From Bacillota bacterium (GTDB taxonomy: Bacteria > Bacillota > UBA994 > UBA5500): 57,155 nucleotides of DNA. Positions 36,045-45,522 of this stretch are shown in pieces (within the stretch, counting starts at the first letter, position 1; each line of letters begins with the position of its first letter). Under the pieces are notes generated by a model. It was not told the origin of the DNA, made no database searches, and worked only from the letters and a program-made list of their open reading frames with translations. The stretch is taken from contig JAWLDB010000003.1 in assembly GCA_041686915.1 (NCBI GenBank), positions 1 to 57,155 on the forward strand, in the 5' to 3' direction. The translations under genes and the position numbers were made by a program.

Positions 36045-36899
36045 ATGGACTTCATCCTCTGGCTGCAGAGCTATAGCACGCCTTGGCTGGATCGGTTCTT
36101 CATCGCGGTTACCCTGTTCGGTATGGAAGAGTTCTACCTGTTGGCTATTCCCCTGATTTACTGGTGTTATAACAAGAGCGAGGGTATGCGCCTGGCTACC
36201 GTCTTTCTGCTTAGCATGTACCTGAACTCATTGTTAAAAGATACCTTGCGGGCTCCACGGCCCACTATGGCAGAGGGTGCGCGCATCTTGTTTGCCGAGT
36301 CAGGCCCTGGCTACTCTTTCCCTAGCGGCCATGCGCAGGGTACCGTAACCTTCTGGGGCTTCGTCGCGACCAACCGAAAGCGCTTCTGGTTTTGGGTGCT
36401 GGCCGGGATGATTACCGTGTTGGTTGCAGTTTCTCGTCCTTATTTGGGGTTGCATTTCCCGGTGGATATCATCGCCGGGGCCCTGATTGGCGCTTTGGTG
36501 CTACTACTCTTCTTTCGGCTGGAATCCCGTACTAGTCTAATACCAGGCAGTATACGGCAAGCTCTGTTGATTGCTGTAGCGCCGCTTTGTACCCTACCAA
36601 TCTACCGAAATGATACTGCCGGGAAGCTGCTTGGTTTTTTCGCCGGTTTTACGATTGGCGCGGCTCTTGAGAGACAATATGTGCAGTTTAGAGAGCAGGG
36701 GGCACTGATCACTCAGGCTACCAAGCTCTTGGTAGGGCTAGGATTGGTTGCCGCATTGCGGATAGGGTTGAAAGTGATCCTGCCGGCCGACTTTTGGGGG
36801 AGTTGGTTACGCTATGCTTTGTTAGGTTTGTCAGGAACATGTTTGGTCCCCATGTTGTTCATTCGGTTAAGACTTGCGAACACCGACGAAACAATATGA
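36045..36899 (+). CDS. PAP2-family phosphatase (undecaprenyl-diphosphatase BcrC-like)
   Basis: KDTLRAPRP, PSGHAQG and SRPYLGLHFPVD acid-phosphatase motifs within a polytopic protein. Confidence 0.85.
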   Translation: MDFILWLQSYSTPWLDRFFIAVTLFGMEEFYLLAIPLIYWCYNKSEGMRLATVFLLSMYLNSLLKDTLRAPRPTMAEGARILFAESGPGYSFPSGHAQGTVTFWGFVATNRKRFWFWVLAGMITVLVAVSRPYLGLHFPVDIIAGALIGALVLLLFFRLESRTSLIPGSIRQALLIAVAPLCTLPIYRNDTAGKLLGFFAGFTIGAALERQYVQFREQGALITQATKLLVGLGLVAALRIGLKVILPADFWGSWLRYALLGLSGTCLVPMLFIRLRLANTDETI

Positions 36900-36902
36900 T
36901 AT

Positions 36903-36935
36903 AAGGCCTTCTACCTGCCTGGTAGAAGGCCTTTT
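36903..36935. terminator. Terminator hairpin between convergent genes
   Basis: 13-bp stem AAGGCCTTCTACC-tgcct-GGTAGAAGGCCTT followed by TT. Confidence 0.8.
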
Positions 36936-36941
36936 GCAAGT

Positions 36942-37130
36942 CTAGGTTATCTTCTTGTGCATGCCAATTTTGTAGTCCTTGCGTGTACCATGCTTATGTC
37001 CGCTGCGGAGTTGAGCCTTCTGTGACTTTGCTTCCCGTGGATGCGGGTGGTCAACAGGGATGTTCAACTCAGCTGCCATTTCCGACTGTCCGTAAACGCG
37101 TTTTTGATACATCTTGGCTTTTCCACCCAT
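36942..37130 (-). CDS. Small basic hypothetical protein (62 aa)
   Basis: AAGGAGG SD 10 nt upstream of the ATG. Lys/His-rich. No family recognised. Confidence 0.5.
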   Translation of the reverse strand: MGGKAKMYQKRVYGQSEMAAELNIPVDHPHPREAKSQKAQLRSGHKHGTRKDYKIGMHKKIT

Positions 37131-37363
37131 CGAATGATAACCTCCTTTGCTTACTTAGTGTCTCCCGCATCGTGGTCTAGGATGGTAGGAAAAAATTACC
37201 GCAAATAATCTGAGCGTTTTGAGTATATTCAGTAGTATCTGGACAAAATTTACTCAAACAAATCGGGCGACGGAAGCAGGAAATCTCTTGGCTGTAAAGT
37301 AATAAGTATATTAAGAAAAATGATTTGCGGTTAAGGGAGTTCCAAGGTCATTAAATTTAGGGG

Positions 37364-37648
37364 GTGATGTCGATCAGCGTTCAAGTTAGTCCGGAGATGC
37401 AGGCAGCGACGATTATTCAGTCCTTCCAGTTCGTGTCGGACGCAGATCTACTAAAGCGGTTTGAAGGCAAGACAATCAGTGGCATCCAGGTAACCGAAGC
37501 TACCTCCCAGGGAATTGATCCCATGGTCATCCGTTTGAAGTTCAGTTTCACTGACGGCTCTTTCCTGGAAATCGACCGCAAGAGTACCAGATTGGGAGAC
37601 CAAGACCGCAAGGTTGTTCATCTCGATTTGGTCTACCAGGCAAGGTAA
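37364..37648 (+). CDS. Hypothetical protein (94 aa)
   Basis: Open frame followed by a strong terminator. Start uncertain (GTG 37364 or ATG 37367 abut the SD). Confidence 0.5.
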   Translation: MMSISVQVSPEMQAATIIQSFQFVSDADLLKRFEGKTISGIQVTEATSQGIDPMVIRLKFSFTDGSFLEIDRKSTRLGDQDRKVVHLDLVYQAR

Positions 37649-37669
37649 TCAACAGAACTGTGAATAAGG

Positions 37670-37706
37670 AATAGACCTGACACCTCGTGTCAGGTCTATT
37701 CTCTTC
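37670..37706 (+). terminator. Intrinsic terminator
   Basis: ATAGACCTGACA-cctcg-TGTCAGGTCTAT followed by a T-rich tract. Confidence 0.8.
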
Positions 37707-37797
37707 TTCTCCTCATCGCAATTGTCAGCATCTGCTAGCAAGTATTCGTCACTGCGTGGTAGAATATTGATACCACGTCTTTGGAAGGAGACACTGC

Positions 37798-38481
37798 ATG
37801 CTGAACGTTCTAGTCTTAGCCACTGCACCGGTGTGGGCCCTGCTCACATTTTTTTATGTGCGGGACAAGTACGATAGGGAACCTAGAGGCTTGCTAGTGC
37901 GCGTGTTCATTTACGGAATGGCAGTTACACTCGTAGCTGCTATCACGGGCGTACTGGCCATCAACTTCTTAGGTTCCATACTTAATCCCGAGTCACTGAG
38001 TTATCTGGTGATTGAGAACTTCTTGATAATCGCCCTGGTGGAAGAGGGTCTTAAATACTGGGTAGTGCAGCGACAAACCTACAACCATCCAGCGTTCAAT
38101 GAGCCATACGATGGAATGATTTATGCTGTCACTGCTTCGCTGGGTTTCGCTGCTTTGGAGAATATTCTTTACGTGGCTCAGGGAGGGCTGCAGGTAGCCG
38201 TATTGCGCGCCGTGCTTGCTGTTCCAGGGCATGCCTTATTTGCCGCCGCAATGGGATACTATTTCGGTCGGGCCAAGTTTGCCCGCACCGCCGAACGAGA
38301 GGCCCACCATTTGCGTATGGCCTTATTGGTCCCCACTATCTTGCATGGAGTCTATGACCTGTTGCTTTCCACAGGTCAGTCAGCGCTAGCCCTGGGCGTG
38401 ATACCCCTGTCCATCGGCATGTGGATCATGGCGTTGCGACAAGTGCGGCTCTCCCAAATGCGGTCGCCGTTTCGTCCATAA
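37798..38481 (+). CDS. prsW: PrsW-family intramembrane glutamic protease
   Basis: EEGLKYW, ASLGFAALENILY and VPGHALFAAAMGYYFG motifs in a polytopic protein. Confidence 0.85.
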   Translation: MLNVLVLATAPVWALLTFFYVRDKYDREPRGLLVRVFIYGMAVTLVAAITGVLAINFLGSILNPESLSYLVIENFLIIALVEEGLKYWVVQRQTYNHPAFNEPYDGMIYAVTASLGFAALENILYVAQGGLQVAVLRAVLAVPGHALFAAAMGYYFGRAKFARTAEREAHHLRMALLVPTILHGVYDLLLSTGQSALALGVIPLSIGMWIMALRQVRLSQMRSPFRP

Positions 38482-38501
38482 ATTGGAATAGAGATGTTCT
38501 T

Positions 38502-38532
38502 GCAGCCCGGGATACCCGGGCTGCTTGTTTTT
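38502..38532 (+). terminator. Intrinsic terminator
   Basis: GCAGCCCGGG-ata-CCCGGGCTGC followed by TTGTTTTT. Confidence 0.85.
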
Positions 38533-38647
38533 AATCTTTTCTATAGTGGCAAAAAGAGGACATTTCTGTATCTTCAGCGAAATATTTAGATTATAATCGG
38601 GGTCTTTTTGCAGAGGTCCCTTGACTGAAGTTTAGGAGGTGTCTTAT

Positions 38648-39055
38648 TTGCGTCTGCAAGCGATTAGCTCCAACTGTTCCGGCTGCAAAGTCTGCCAGAT
38701 GCTCTGCTCTCTCGTGCATTTCAAGGAGAACAACCCCAAGAAAGCAGCTCTGAAAATTGCGGGCCGTTTTCCGGCTCCCGGTGACTATGAGCTGACAGTC
38801 TGCACACAATGCGGTGTCTGTGTTGACGTATGCCCGACTGGAGCGATTCAGGAAAAGGACGGCGCTTATGTGCTCAACCGTGAAGAATGTATCGGTTGCC
38901 AGGCTTGCGTAGAGGCCTGCCCGGAAAACGCATTTGTTGTCCATGCCGATGAAACCGCTCCTATCAAATGTGACGCTTGTGGTGAATGCATTAAATACTG
39001 CCCGCGTGGCGCCTTGGTTGATGCCGATGGCGTACTGCAGCGGGTAGCTAAATAG
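38648..39055 (+). CDS. Four-cluster [4Fe-4S] ferredoxin-like electron-transfer subunit of AOR
   Basis: Four Cys motifs: CSGCKVCQMLC, CTQCGVCVDVCP, CIGCQACVEACP, CDACGECIKYCP. TTG 38648 lies 8 nt after AGGAGG (the track GTG 38639 overlaps the SD). Confidence 0.85.
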   Translation: MRLQAISSNCSGCKVCQMLCSLVHFKENNPKKAALKIAGRFPAPGDYELTVCTQCGVCVDVCPTGAIQEKDGAYVLNREECIGCQACVEACPENAFVVHADETAPIKCDACGECIKYCPRGALVDADGVLQRVAK

Positions 39056-39066
39056 GAGGTGTCTGC

Positions 39067-40929
39067 ATGTACGGCCATGCTGGTAACATTCTGCGCGTAA
39101 ACCTGACCGATGGGACACACAGCATCACGCCTTTGCCTGAAGACCTGGCCCGTGAGTATTTGGGCGGCCGCGGCTTTGTGGCTAAGCTGCTCTGGGACGA
39201 AGTCAGCTCGGGGGTAGATCCCCTTGGTCCCGACAACAAGATCGTGGCTGCGCCAGGTCCCTTGACCGGCGTATTTCTTCCTGGCAGCGGCAAGCTGCAC
39301 TTCGGAGCCAAGTCTCCAGCCACCGGCGGCTACGGCGACAGCAACGTGGGCGGACATATTTCGCCAGAGATTAAGTTCGCCGGTTACGATGCCATCATCA
39401 TCGAGGGCAAGGCAGACAAACCGGTCTATCTTTTCATTGAAAACGACACGATCGAAGTCAGGGACGCTGAAAAGTACTGGGGCAAGGGCGCTATTGAGTC
39501 TGAGACGATGCTTAAGCACGACCTCGGTGAAGAATTCCAGATTGCCACCATCGGCCCAGCCGGTGAAAACATGGTTTACTTTGCCTGTATCAGCCATGAC
39601 TTCGGCCGCCAGGCGGGGCGTACCGGGGTTGGAGCTGTTATGGGTTCCAAGAACCTGAAAGCGATTGCAGTCCGCGGTACTAAGTCCATTCCGCTGGCTA
39701 ATCCGGATGCAGTGCTCGAGGTTGGTAAGGCCATGTTCGAAGGCTGCTTCAGCAAGCCGGGCTTTGAAGAATGGACACCTCAGGGAACAGCTGGCGTTAC
39801 AGACTGGGTGAACGAAGTCGGTGCTTTCCCGACCCACAATTTCATGACCAGTTATTTCCCCAAACATAGCCAAATCAATGGAGAGCAGATTGTAAACAAA
39901 CTGAAGATCACTGATAAGGGTTGTTACTCCTGCCCGATCCCCTGTGGCAAGTACGGCAGGGCCAAGACTCCGAAATACGATGTTTACGTGGAAGGCCCTG
40001 AGTACGAAACAGTGGCGCTGATCGGCGGAAACACCGAAATGGAGACCATCGAAGACGTCGCTTACGCCAACTATGTGTGCGATGAGCTAGGGCTCGATTC
40101 CATCTCCGGTGGTAACGTAGTAGGCTTTGCTATGGAGTGTTACGAGAACGGAGTAATCACCAAGGAACAGCTTGACGGTCAGGAACTGCGGTTTGGTAGC
40201 GTGCATGACTTCGTTTGGTTGTGCAACCAGATTGCGACCCGTCAGGGCATAGGCGATGCATTGGCTAACGGCGTACGCTACGCTTCCGAAAAATGGGGTA
40301 AAGGCACCGAGCGTTACGCCATCCAGGTTAAAGGTTTGGAGTGGTCTGGATACGAAGGACGCTATGCTCCTGCCATGATGTTGTCTTATATGACTTGCGA
40401 TGTAGGAGCGCATCATAACCGTTCTTGGGCGATCACCTATGACGTACAGGCCGGCCGCGAGCAATTGGAAGGCAAGGCTGCTAAGGTAATTGAACTACAG
40501 CACGTACGCCCAATGTTTGATCTGCTCTGTCTCTGCCGCTTGCAGTGGGTGGAACTTGGCTTCGAACTCGACTGGTATCCGAAGGTCTTCCAGGCTGTCA
40601 CCGGTGAAGAGTATACGTGGGATGACCTGATGAAAGTCTCAGAGCGTGTTTGGAACCTGACTCGCAGTTTCTGGGTGCGTGAGATTCCTGGCTTCGGACG
40701 CTCCATGGATTATCCGCCCGCTCGGTTCAGCGAGGAGCCGATTCCGACTGGCCCTGCAGAAGGCAAGTATATACCCATGGAAGGGCTTGACCAACTGCTG
40801 GACGACTACTACCGTCTGCGTGGTTGGGACCTAAACGGCATTCCATCTACTGATAAGCTGGAACAGCTGAATCTCGGCTTCGCGGAGAAAGTGGTTGCCG
40901 AGAGGAGGAGCAAGGGCGTTGCCAATTAG
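39067..40929 (+). CDS. aor: Aldehyde:ferredoxin oxidoreductase (tungstopterin enzyme family)
   Basis: 620 aa. N-terminus MYGHAGNILRVNLTDG, then the GGRG, DSNVGGH and CYSCPIPCGK cluster-binding region typical of the AOR family. Confidence 0.9.
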   Translation: MYGHAGNILRVNLTDGTHSITPLPEDLAREYLGGRGFVAKLLWDEVSSGVDPLGPDNKIVAAPGPLTGVFLPGSGKLHFGAKSPATGGYGDSNVGGHISPEIKFAGYDAIIIEGKADKPVYLFIENDTIEVRDAEKYWGKGAIESETMLKHDLGEEFQIATIGPAGENMVYFACISHDFGRQAGRTGVGAVMGSKNLKAIAVRGTKSIPLANPDAVLEVGKAMFEGCFSKPGFEEWTPQGTAGVTDWVNEVGAFPTHNFMTSYFPKHSQINGEQIVNKLKITDKGCYSCPIPCGKYGRAKTPKYDVYVEGPEYETVALIGGNTEMETIEDVAYANYVCDELGLDSISGGNVVGFAMECYENGVITKEQLDGQELRFGSVHDFVWLCNQIATRQGIGDALANGVRYASEKWGKGTERYAIQVKGLEWSGYEGRYAPAMMLSYMTCDVGAHHNRSWAITYDVQAGREQLEGKAAKVIELQHVRPMFDLLCLCRLQWVELGFELDWYPKVFQAVTGEEYTWDDLMKVSERVWNLTRSFWVREIPGFGRSMDYPPARFSEEPIPTGPAEGKYIPMEGLDQLLDDYYRLRGWDLNGIPSTDKLEQLNLGFAEKVVAERRSKGVAN

Positions 40930-40930
40930 T

Positions 40931-41152
40931 GTGCTAGTTAGAGGGCACACTGCCAGCTACTTCCCAGAGGGTAAGGATGAACTGGAGGTTGTCTGGTCTG
41001 GACCTATCACCGTTAGACAGCTACTTGCCGACCTGGGTGTTGACTCTCTTCTGGTGATGCGAGTTAACGTAAACGGCATGAAAGTAACCAAAGAACACAT
41101 ATTGGCTGACGGGGATGAAGTACTCTTCTTCTCACCGCCCGCTGGAGGTTAG
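40931..41152 (+). CDS. MoaD/ThiS-family ubiquitin-like sulfur carrier (C-terminal Gly-Gly)
   Basis: Ends ...GDEVLFFSPPAGG-stop. Small beta-grasp-size protein immediately after aor. Start uncertain (GTG 40931 or TTG 40895). Confidence 0.7.
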   Translation: MLVRGHTASYFPEGKDELEVVWSGPITVRQLLADLGVDSLLVMRVNVNGMKVTKEHILADGDEVLFFSPPAGG

Positions 41153-41159
41153 TCTCTAT

Positions 41160-41190
41160 AAACCGCCTGCTCGTCAGGCGGTTTGTTTTG
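41160..41190 (+). terminator. Intrinsic terminator of the AOR operon
   Basis: AAACCGCCTG-ctcgt-CAGGCGGTTT followed by GTTTTG. Confidence 0.8.
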
Positions 41191-41308
41191 CTTTTGAGCG
41201 CGGGCGTAACGGGCACTTTTGGACTTTACGTGGTAGAATAGGAATGTCGCCAATATGTCGTGCGTAAGGGGTTGCACGGTAAATATACGACGGTTGGGAG
41301 TGGCAGCT

Positions 41309-43525
41309 ATGAATGTCCCGACAATAACAGATACGACTTACAAGGGCTATATCCTCGACCCGTTCCAACGACAAGCTTTGGACTACATCGAGGCTGGCCG
41401 GTCGGTAATAGTCAGTGCTCCGACGGGTGTTGGTAAGACCCTGATCGCTGATTACCTAATAGAAAAAGCCGTCAAGGAGAATAAGCGTATCATCTATACT
41501 GCGCCCCTTAAGGCGCTTAGTAACCAGAAATACAGACAGTTCAAAGCCAGCCTCGGGGAGGAACTGGTTGGGATCATCACCGGAGATGTTGTTTACAACA
41601 GCGAAGCTCCGGTAGTGATGATGACAACTGAAATCTACCGCAACATGGTATTAACCGAACCCGAGCGGGCAGCAGATATTCACTATCTGATCTTCGATGA
41701 AATCCACTACATTGACTCAGACCGGGGAGTTGCCTGGGAAGAAAGCTTGATCTTTGCTCCACCGCATGTAAAGTTCCTCGGCCTGAGCGCTACCATCGGC
41801 AACTTGCAGCAGTTCATCGGTTGGCTGTCAGAGATCCGGCATGAGGACGTGGCCTTGGTAGTTGAGACAAAGCGGGTAGTGCCGCTCGCTCACCGGTATT
41901 TCAACCTGGGGACAGGTATTGTACGTCTGCCCGAGATGGCTAAGGCGGTAGAGCAGGATAAGCTGAAACTAACAGAGCACCGCGACCTGGTGCGGGCCTT
42001 GCGCTCACACTATTTGCCGGCCTTGATGTTTGTCTTTAGCCGCAGGCAATGTGTTGAGAAAGCCATGGAGACGATGAAGGAGCGTAGCTTCCTCACACGT
42101 GAAGAACATCAGGCAGTCCAACAGGCGCTCGATGCCTACCGGGATCGTTACGCCTTGACAAGCAACTCGGGCTTCCAGCTCTTGGCGCGCATGCTGCTAA
42201 AGGGCGTTGGTTACCATCACGCCGGTCTGTTACCTGCGCTTAAAGACTTGGTGGAAGAACTGTTCGAGAAGAAACTGGTAAAGGTGCTTTATTGTACCGA
42301 GACCTTCTCGGTTGGCGTTAACTATCCGGTGCAAAGCGTTTGCTTCCTCGAGCAGCGCAAGTATGATGGCAAATCGACGCGACCATTGACCACCCAGGAA
42401 TACATGCAGATGGCTGGTCGAGCAGGTCGGCGTGGCATCGATGAACAGGGGTACGTGTTCACACTCATTAGCGGCAATGGCAGGGGGCCTGTCATTCTTG
42501 AGGATTACGCCAACAAGGCTGTTGAGGACATTGGCAGCCAGTTCAGGCTGAGCTGTAATTCCATCTTGAACCTGCTCCGCCGGGATGAACCAGAGCAGAT
42601 AGTCACTGCATACAATTCCAGCTTCGCACACTATCTAAATGAGTCTATGCGTCGCATGTTGGAAACACAGTTGCATAGTTTACAAGACAAGCAGGCAGGG
42701 GTAGCCGGTGCAGTCTGTGGAGATTTCGGAGAACTGGCCTGTCCTATCAACTACCGTAGGGCCAAGTCTCGCCTCGGGGGCATGGAGCGTGACGTTCGGA
42801 AAGGGAAACGCTTCTTAAGGAAACGCTGCGCTGAACTGCGCCAGCAGATTGCCCAAGTCGTCCCTAGGGAATGCACCCGACAAAAGATGGATGCCTGCCG
42901 ACGCGGGCAGCGTGACGCAGTTTCACTGCGTGAGCGGGCTGTTGCAATGGAAGCGCAGCTCCAGAGTCTGCCCACCGAAGCCGACTGGCACAATCGCTTC
43001 CGGTTGATCACGCAGCGTCTCGACCAGTTAGGCTACATTGATGGCGATAAAATCCTCCCCAGAGGTGAACTGGCCAGCGAAATTAACTTTCAGGAGATTC
43101 TGATCACCGAGTTCGTCTTTGCTGGCATGCTGGATGAACTCAGTGTACAGGAGTTGTGCGGTCTGCTGTGTGGCGTAGATTTTGAGGGTCGCTTCAACGA
43201 CTTCACCCACAAGGATCGCCTGCCGGCATTGCGCAAGTACTGGCGCATCGCTGATGACCTGAAGAAGGACCGCGTGCTAGGACCAGACATCATCTACTCG
43301 CCACAGGTAGCGCCGATAGGTTATCGCTGGGCTACCGGGGCGTCTCTGCCTGACCTGCTTGAAATCACTACTATAGAAGAAGGTGACGTAGTCAGTCTGC
43401 TTCGCCGCACCGTCGATGTGCTAAGACAACTGCGTAAGGCGCTCGGGCGCGAGCCGTTCTGGGGTAACAAGCTTGCCGAGTGCATGGAGCTAATGGAGCG
43501 GGACATGGTGAAGGTCGAGCTGTAA
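41309..43525 (+). CDS. Ski2-like superfamily 2 DEAD/DEAH-box helicase
   Basis: Motif I SAPTGVGKT, motif II FDEIHY, motif III LSATIGN, later HHAGLLP and QMAGRAGRRG, plus a long C-terminal helical region. ATG 41309 follows GGGAGTGG. Confidence 0.85.
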   Translation: MNVPTITDTTYKGYILDPFQRQALDYIEAGRSVIVSAPTGVGKTLIADYLIEKAVKENKRIIYTAPLKALSNQKYRQFKASLGEELVGIITGDVVYNSEAPVVMMTTEIYRNMVLTEPERAADIHYLIFDEIHYIDSDRGVAWEESLIFAPPHVKFLGLSATIGNLQQFIGWLSEIRHEDVALVVETKRVVPLAHRYFNLGTGIVRLPEMAKAVEQDKLKLTEHRDLVRALRSHYLPALMFVFSRRQCVEKAMETMKERSFLTREEHQAVQQALDAYRDRYALTSNSGFQLLARMLLKGVGYHHAGLLPALKDLVEELFEKKLVKVLYCTETFSVGVNYPVQSVCFLEQRKYDGKSTRPLTTQEYMQMAGRAGRRGIDEQGYVFTLISGNGRGPVILEDYANKAVEDIGSQFRLSCNSILNLLRRDEPEQIVTAYNSSFAHYLNESMRRMLETQLHSLQDKQAGVAGAVCGDFGELACPINYRRAKSRLGGMERDVRKGKRFLRKRCAELRQQIAQVVPRECTRQKMDACRRGQRDAVSLRERAVAMEAQLQSLPTEADWHNRFRLITQRLDQLGYIDGDKILPRGELASEINFQEILITEFVFAGMLDELSVQELCGLLCGVDFEGRFNDFTHKDRLPALRKYWRIADDLKKDRVLGPDIIYSPQVAPIGYRWATGASLPDLLEITTIEEGDVVSLLRRTVDVLRQLRKALGREPFWGNKLAECMELMERDMVKVEL

Positions 43526-43615
43526 CTTACGTGTGTACATTGTATACTTGTCGGTCAATTCCGGCCTGTGTTAAACTGAGAGAGAAACTTTAGACAATGG
43601 AAATGTAGATGGGGG

Positions 43616-44449
43616 GTGCAAAACAGAGTGCATCAGAAATATGAACAGGTACTGCAACTGCTACGCGAGCAGCAGCGTGTGGTAGTAGCATTTTCTGGCG
43701 GTGTGGATAGTACCCTGCTCCTGCATGCTGCTGTGGAAGCGCTTGGGCACAACCAAGTGCTGGCCATCACCGCGGCAGGCGACCTTTACCCCCAAGGCGA
43801 AATCGCGGCTACCCGTGAGCTTGCTCAAGTAATGTGTGTAGAACTGCTCGAGATTAACCCAGTCGAGCTGGACGCTCCGGCATTTCGCGACAATCCGCCT
43901 GACCGGTGCTATCATTGCAAGAAGGCCATTTTTGGACAAATGCAAGAGATTGCAGAGGCGCGAGGCTACTCCGTAGTAGTCGATGGCTCCAACTTTGATG
44001 ACTTAAGTGACTACCGCCCTGGCCATAAAGCCAGTCAGGAGCTCGGCATCGTCAGCCCGCTGCAAGCAGCAGGCCTGACGAAAGCAGAAATCCGTCAGCT
44101 ATCCAAAGATTTTGGTTTGCCAACATGGAATAAGCCCAGCTTTGCCTGTCTCGCCTCGCGCATCCCGTACGGCTCGGCTGTCGACAGTCTCAAACTGAGG
44201 CAGATCGAACAGGCGGAAGATCTGCTGCGAGAGTCCGGATTCAGGCAATATCGTGTCAGGCATCACGGCAATCTGGCACGGCTTGAGGTCCTGCCAGAGG
44301 ACATGCAGCAACTGCTTAGCCTACGTGAGACTATTGTCCGGGATTTGCAGCTGCTTGGCTTTACCTATGTAGCCATGGACTTGCTCGGGTACCGCACTGG
44401 AGCTATGAATGAGACCTTACAAGGCGTAGGAGGTAAGGCGGGTGTTTGA
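43616..44449 (+). CDS. PP-loop ATP pyrophosphatase, LarE-like (TIGR00268-type) with three conserved Cys
   Basis: PP-loop AFSGGVDST. DRCYHCKK and SFACLASRIPYG align with the positions I recall for LarE (SWYYAKK and ASCSVSSRFPYG). Start uncertain (GTG 43616 or 43628). Confidence 0.75.
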   Translation: MQNRVHQKYEQVLQLLREQQRVVVAFSGGVDSTLLLHAAVEALGHNQVLAITAAGDLYPQGEIAATRELAQVMCVELLEINPVELDAPAFRDNPPDRCYHCKKAIFGQMQEIAEARGYSVVVDGSNFDDLSDYRPGHKASQELGIVSPLQAAGLTKAEIRQLSKDFGLPTWNKPSFACLASRIPYGSAVDSLKLRQIEQAEDLLRESGFRQYRVRHHGNLARLEVLPEDMQQLLSLRETIVRDLQLLGFTYVAMDLLGYRTGAMNETLQGVGGKAGV

Positions 44450-45461
44450 GCGCTATGCCAGACAGGTCGTATTACCGGAAATCGGTGAAAGTGGTCAGCG
44501 CAAACTCTCGCTAGCTACAGTAGCAATTGTCGGTGCAGGCGCGCTAGGCTCTGTTGCCGCCGAAATTCTTATTCGCGCTGGCATAGGGCAGCTCAGTATC
44601 TTTGACCGTGATCTGCTGGAACTCAGCAACCTCCAGCGGCAATTCTTATATACTGAGGGGGACGTGCAGGCCGGCTTGCCTAAAGCGCAGGCTCTGGCTA
44701 ACCATCTGAAGCAGATCAACCGTATTGTCACCGTTTCTGCACAGGTTGTAGATATTAATCATCGCAACGCTACCGCCCTACTCCGGGGACATGATCTGAT
44801 CATTGACGCTACAGACAACTTCCTGGTACGCATGCTGATCAATGATGTTGCTCTGGAGCAAGGCATTCCGTGGGTTTACGGGGGGGCTTTAGGCATGACG
44901 GGGATGGTATTGCCCATTATGCCGGACAAATCAGCCTGTTTCCGCTGCATGGTGCCCGAGATGCCGGCAGCCGGCAGCATGGATACATGTGATCTGGTGG
45001 GGGTGCTGGGCAGTGTAACAGCCATTGTGGCTGCTAACCAGGCTGCAGAGGCAATCAAGCTGATAGTTAACCCTGAGGCTGTCCGTCAGGATTTGCTTGA
45101 GTTCAATATTTGGACAGGGAAGTTTCGTACGCTGCCTTTGCCTAAGGATCCCGATTGCCCAGCTTGCGGGGCTGGAAGCAGGGAGTTTCTTGAGGGCCGC
45201 TACAGCAGGGAAGCGGCATCCCTCTGCGGGCGCAACGCTGTGCAGGTGCAGCCTTCAGAGCAGGCGTTTCCTGACTTTGATCAGCTGGTTAAGCGCCTGG
45301 AGACCGCGGGAAGTGCAAAGGTCAACCGGTTCACTCTCAAGTTTTACCCGACTGAACTGCCAGATGTCGAGTTCACCATCTTCACAGATGGTAGAGCGCT
45401 AATCAAGGGCACCGACGACGTTAACCACGCTCTGTCGTTATATGCAAGGTACATGGGTTAA
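44442..45461 (+). CDS. ThiF/MoeB-family E1-like adenylyltransferase with a C-terminal extension
   Basis: YARQVVLPEIG, GAGALGS, LSNLQRQ, and the zinc pairs CFRC and CPAC. 8-nt overlap with the preceding gene. GTG lies 8 nt after AGGAGG. Confidence 0.85.
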   Translation: MFERYARQVVLPEIGESGQRKLSLATVAIVGAGALGSVAAEILIRAGIGQLSIFDRDLLELSNLQRQFLYTEGDVQAGLPKAQALANHLKQINRIVTVSAQVVDINHRNATALLRGHDLIIDATDNFLVRMLINDVALEQGIPWVYGGALGMTGMVLPIMPDKSACFRCMVPEMPAAGSMDTCDLVGVLGSVTAIVAANQAAEAIKLIVNPEAVRQDLLEFNIWTGKFRTLPLPKDPDCPACGAGSREFLEGRYSREAASLCGRNAVQVQPSEQAFPDFDQLVKRLETAGSAKVNRFTLKFYPTELPDVEFTIFTDGRALIKGTDDVNHALSLYARYMG

Positions 45462-45522
45462 GTGGGCGCATATGGCAACCCATAGAGTAACCAAATAATC
45501 GTAGGTTTGGGGGAACAGGGAA

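Noticed and set aside
38546-38565. Sigma-54-like TGGCA element upstream of the AOR operon
   Set aside because: TGGCAAAAAGAGGACA lacks the TTGC -12 element at the required spacing.
38866-39873. 335-aa minus-strand ORF (and 38591-39118)
   Set aside because: It is antisense to the ferredoxin-like and AOR genes, which carry unambiguous motifs. This is a typical shadow ORF of a GC-rich coding region.
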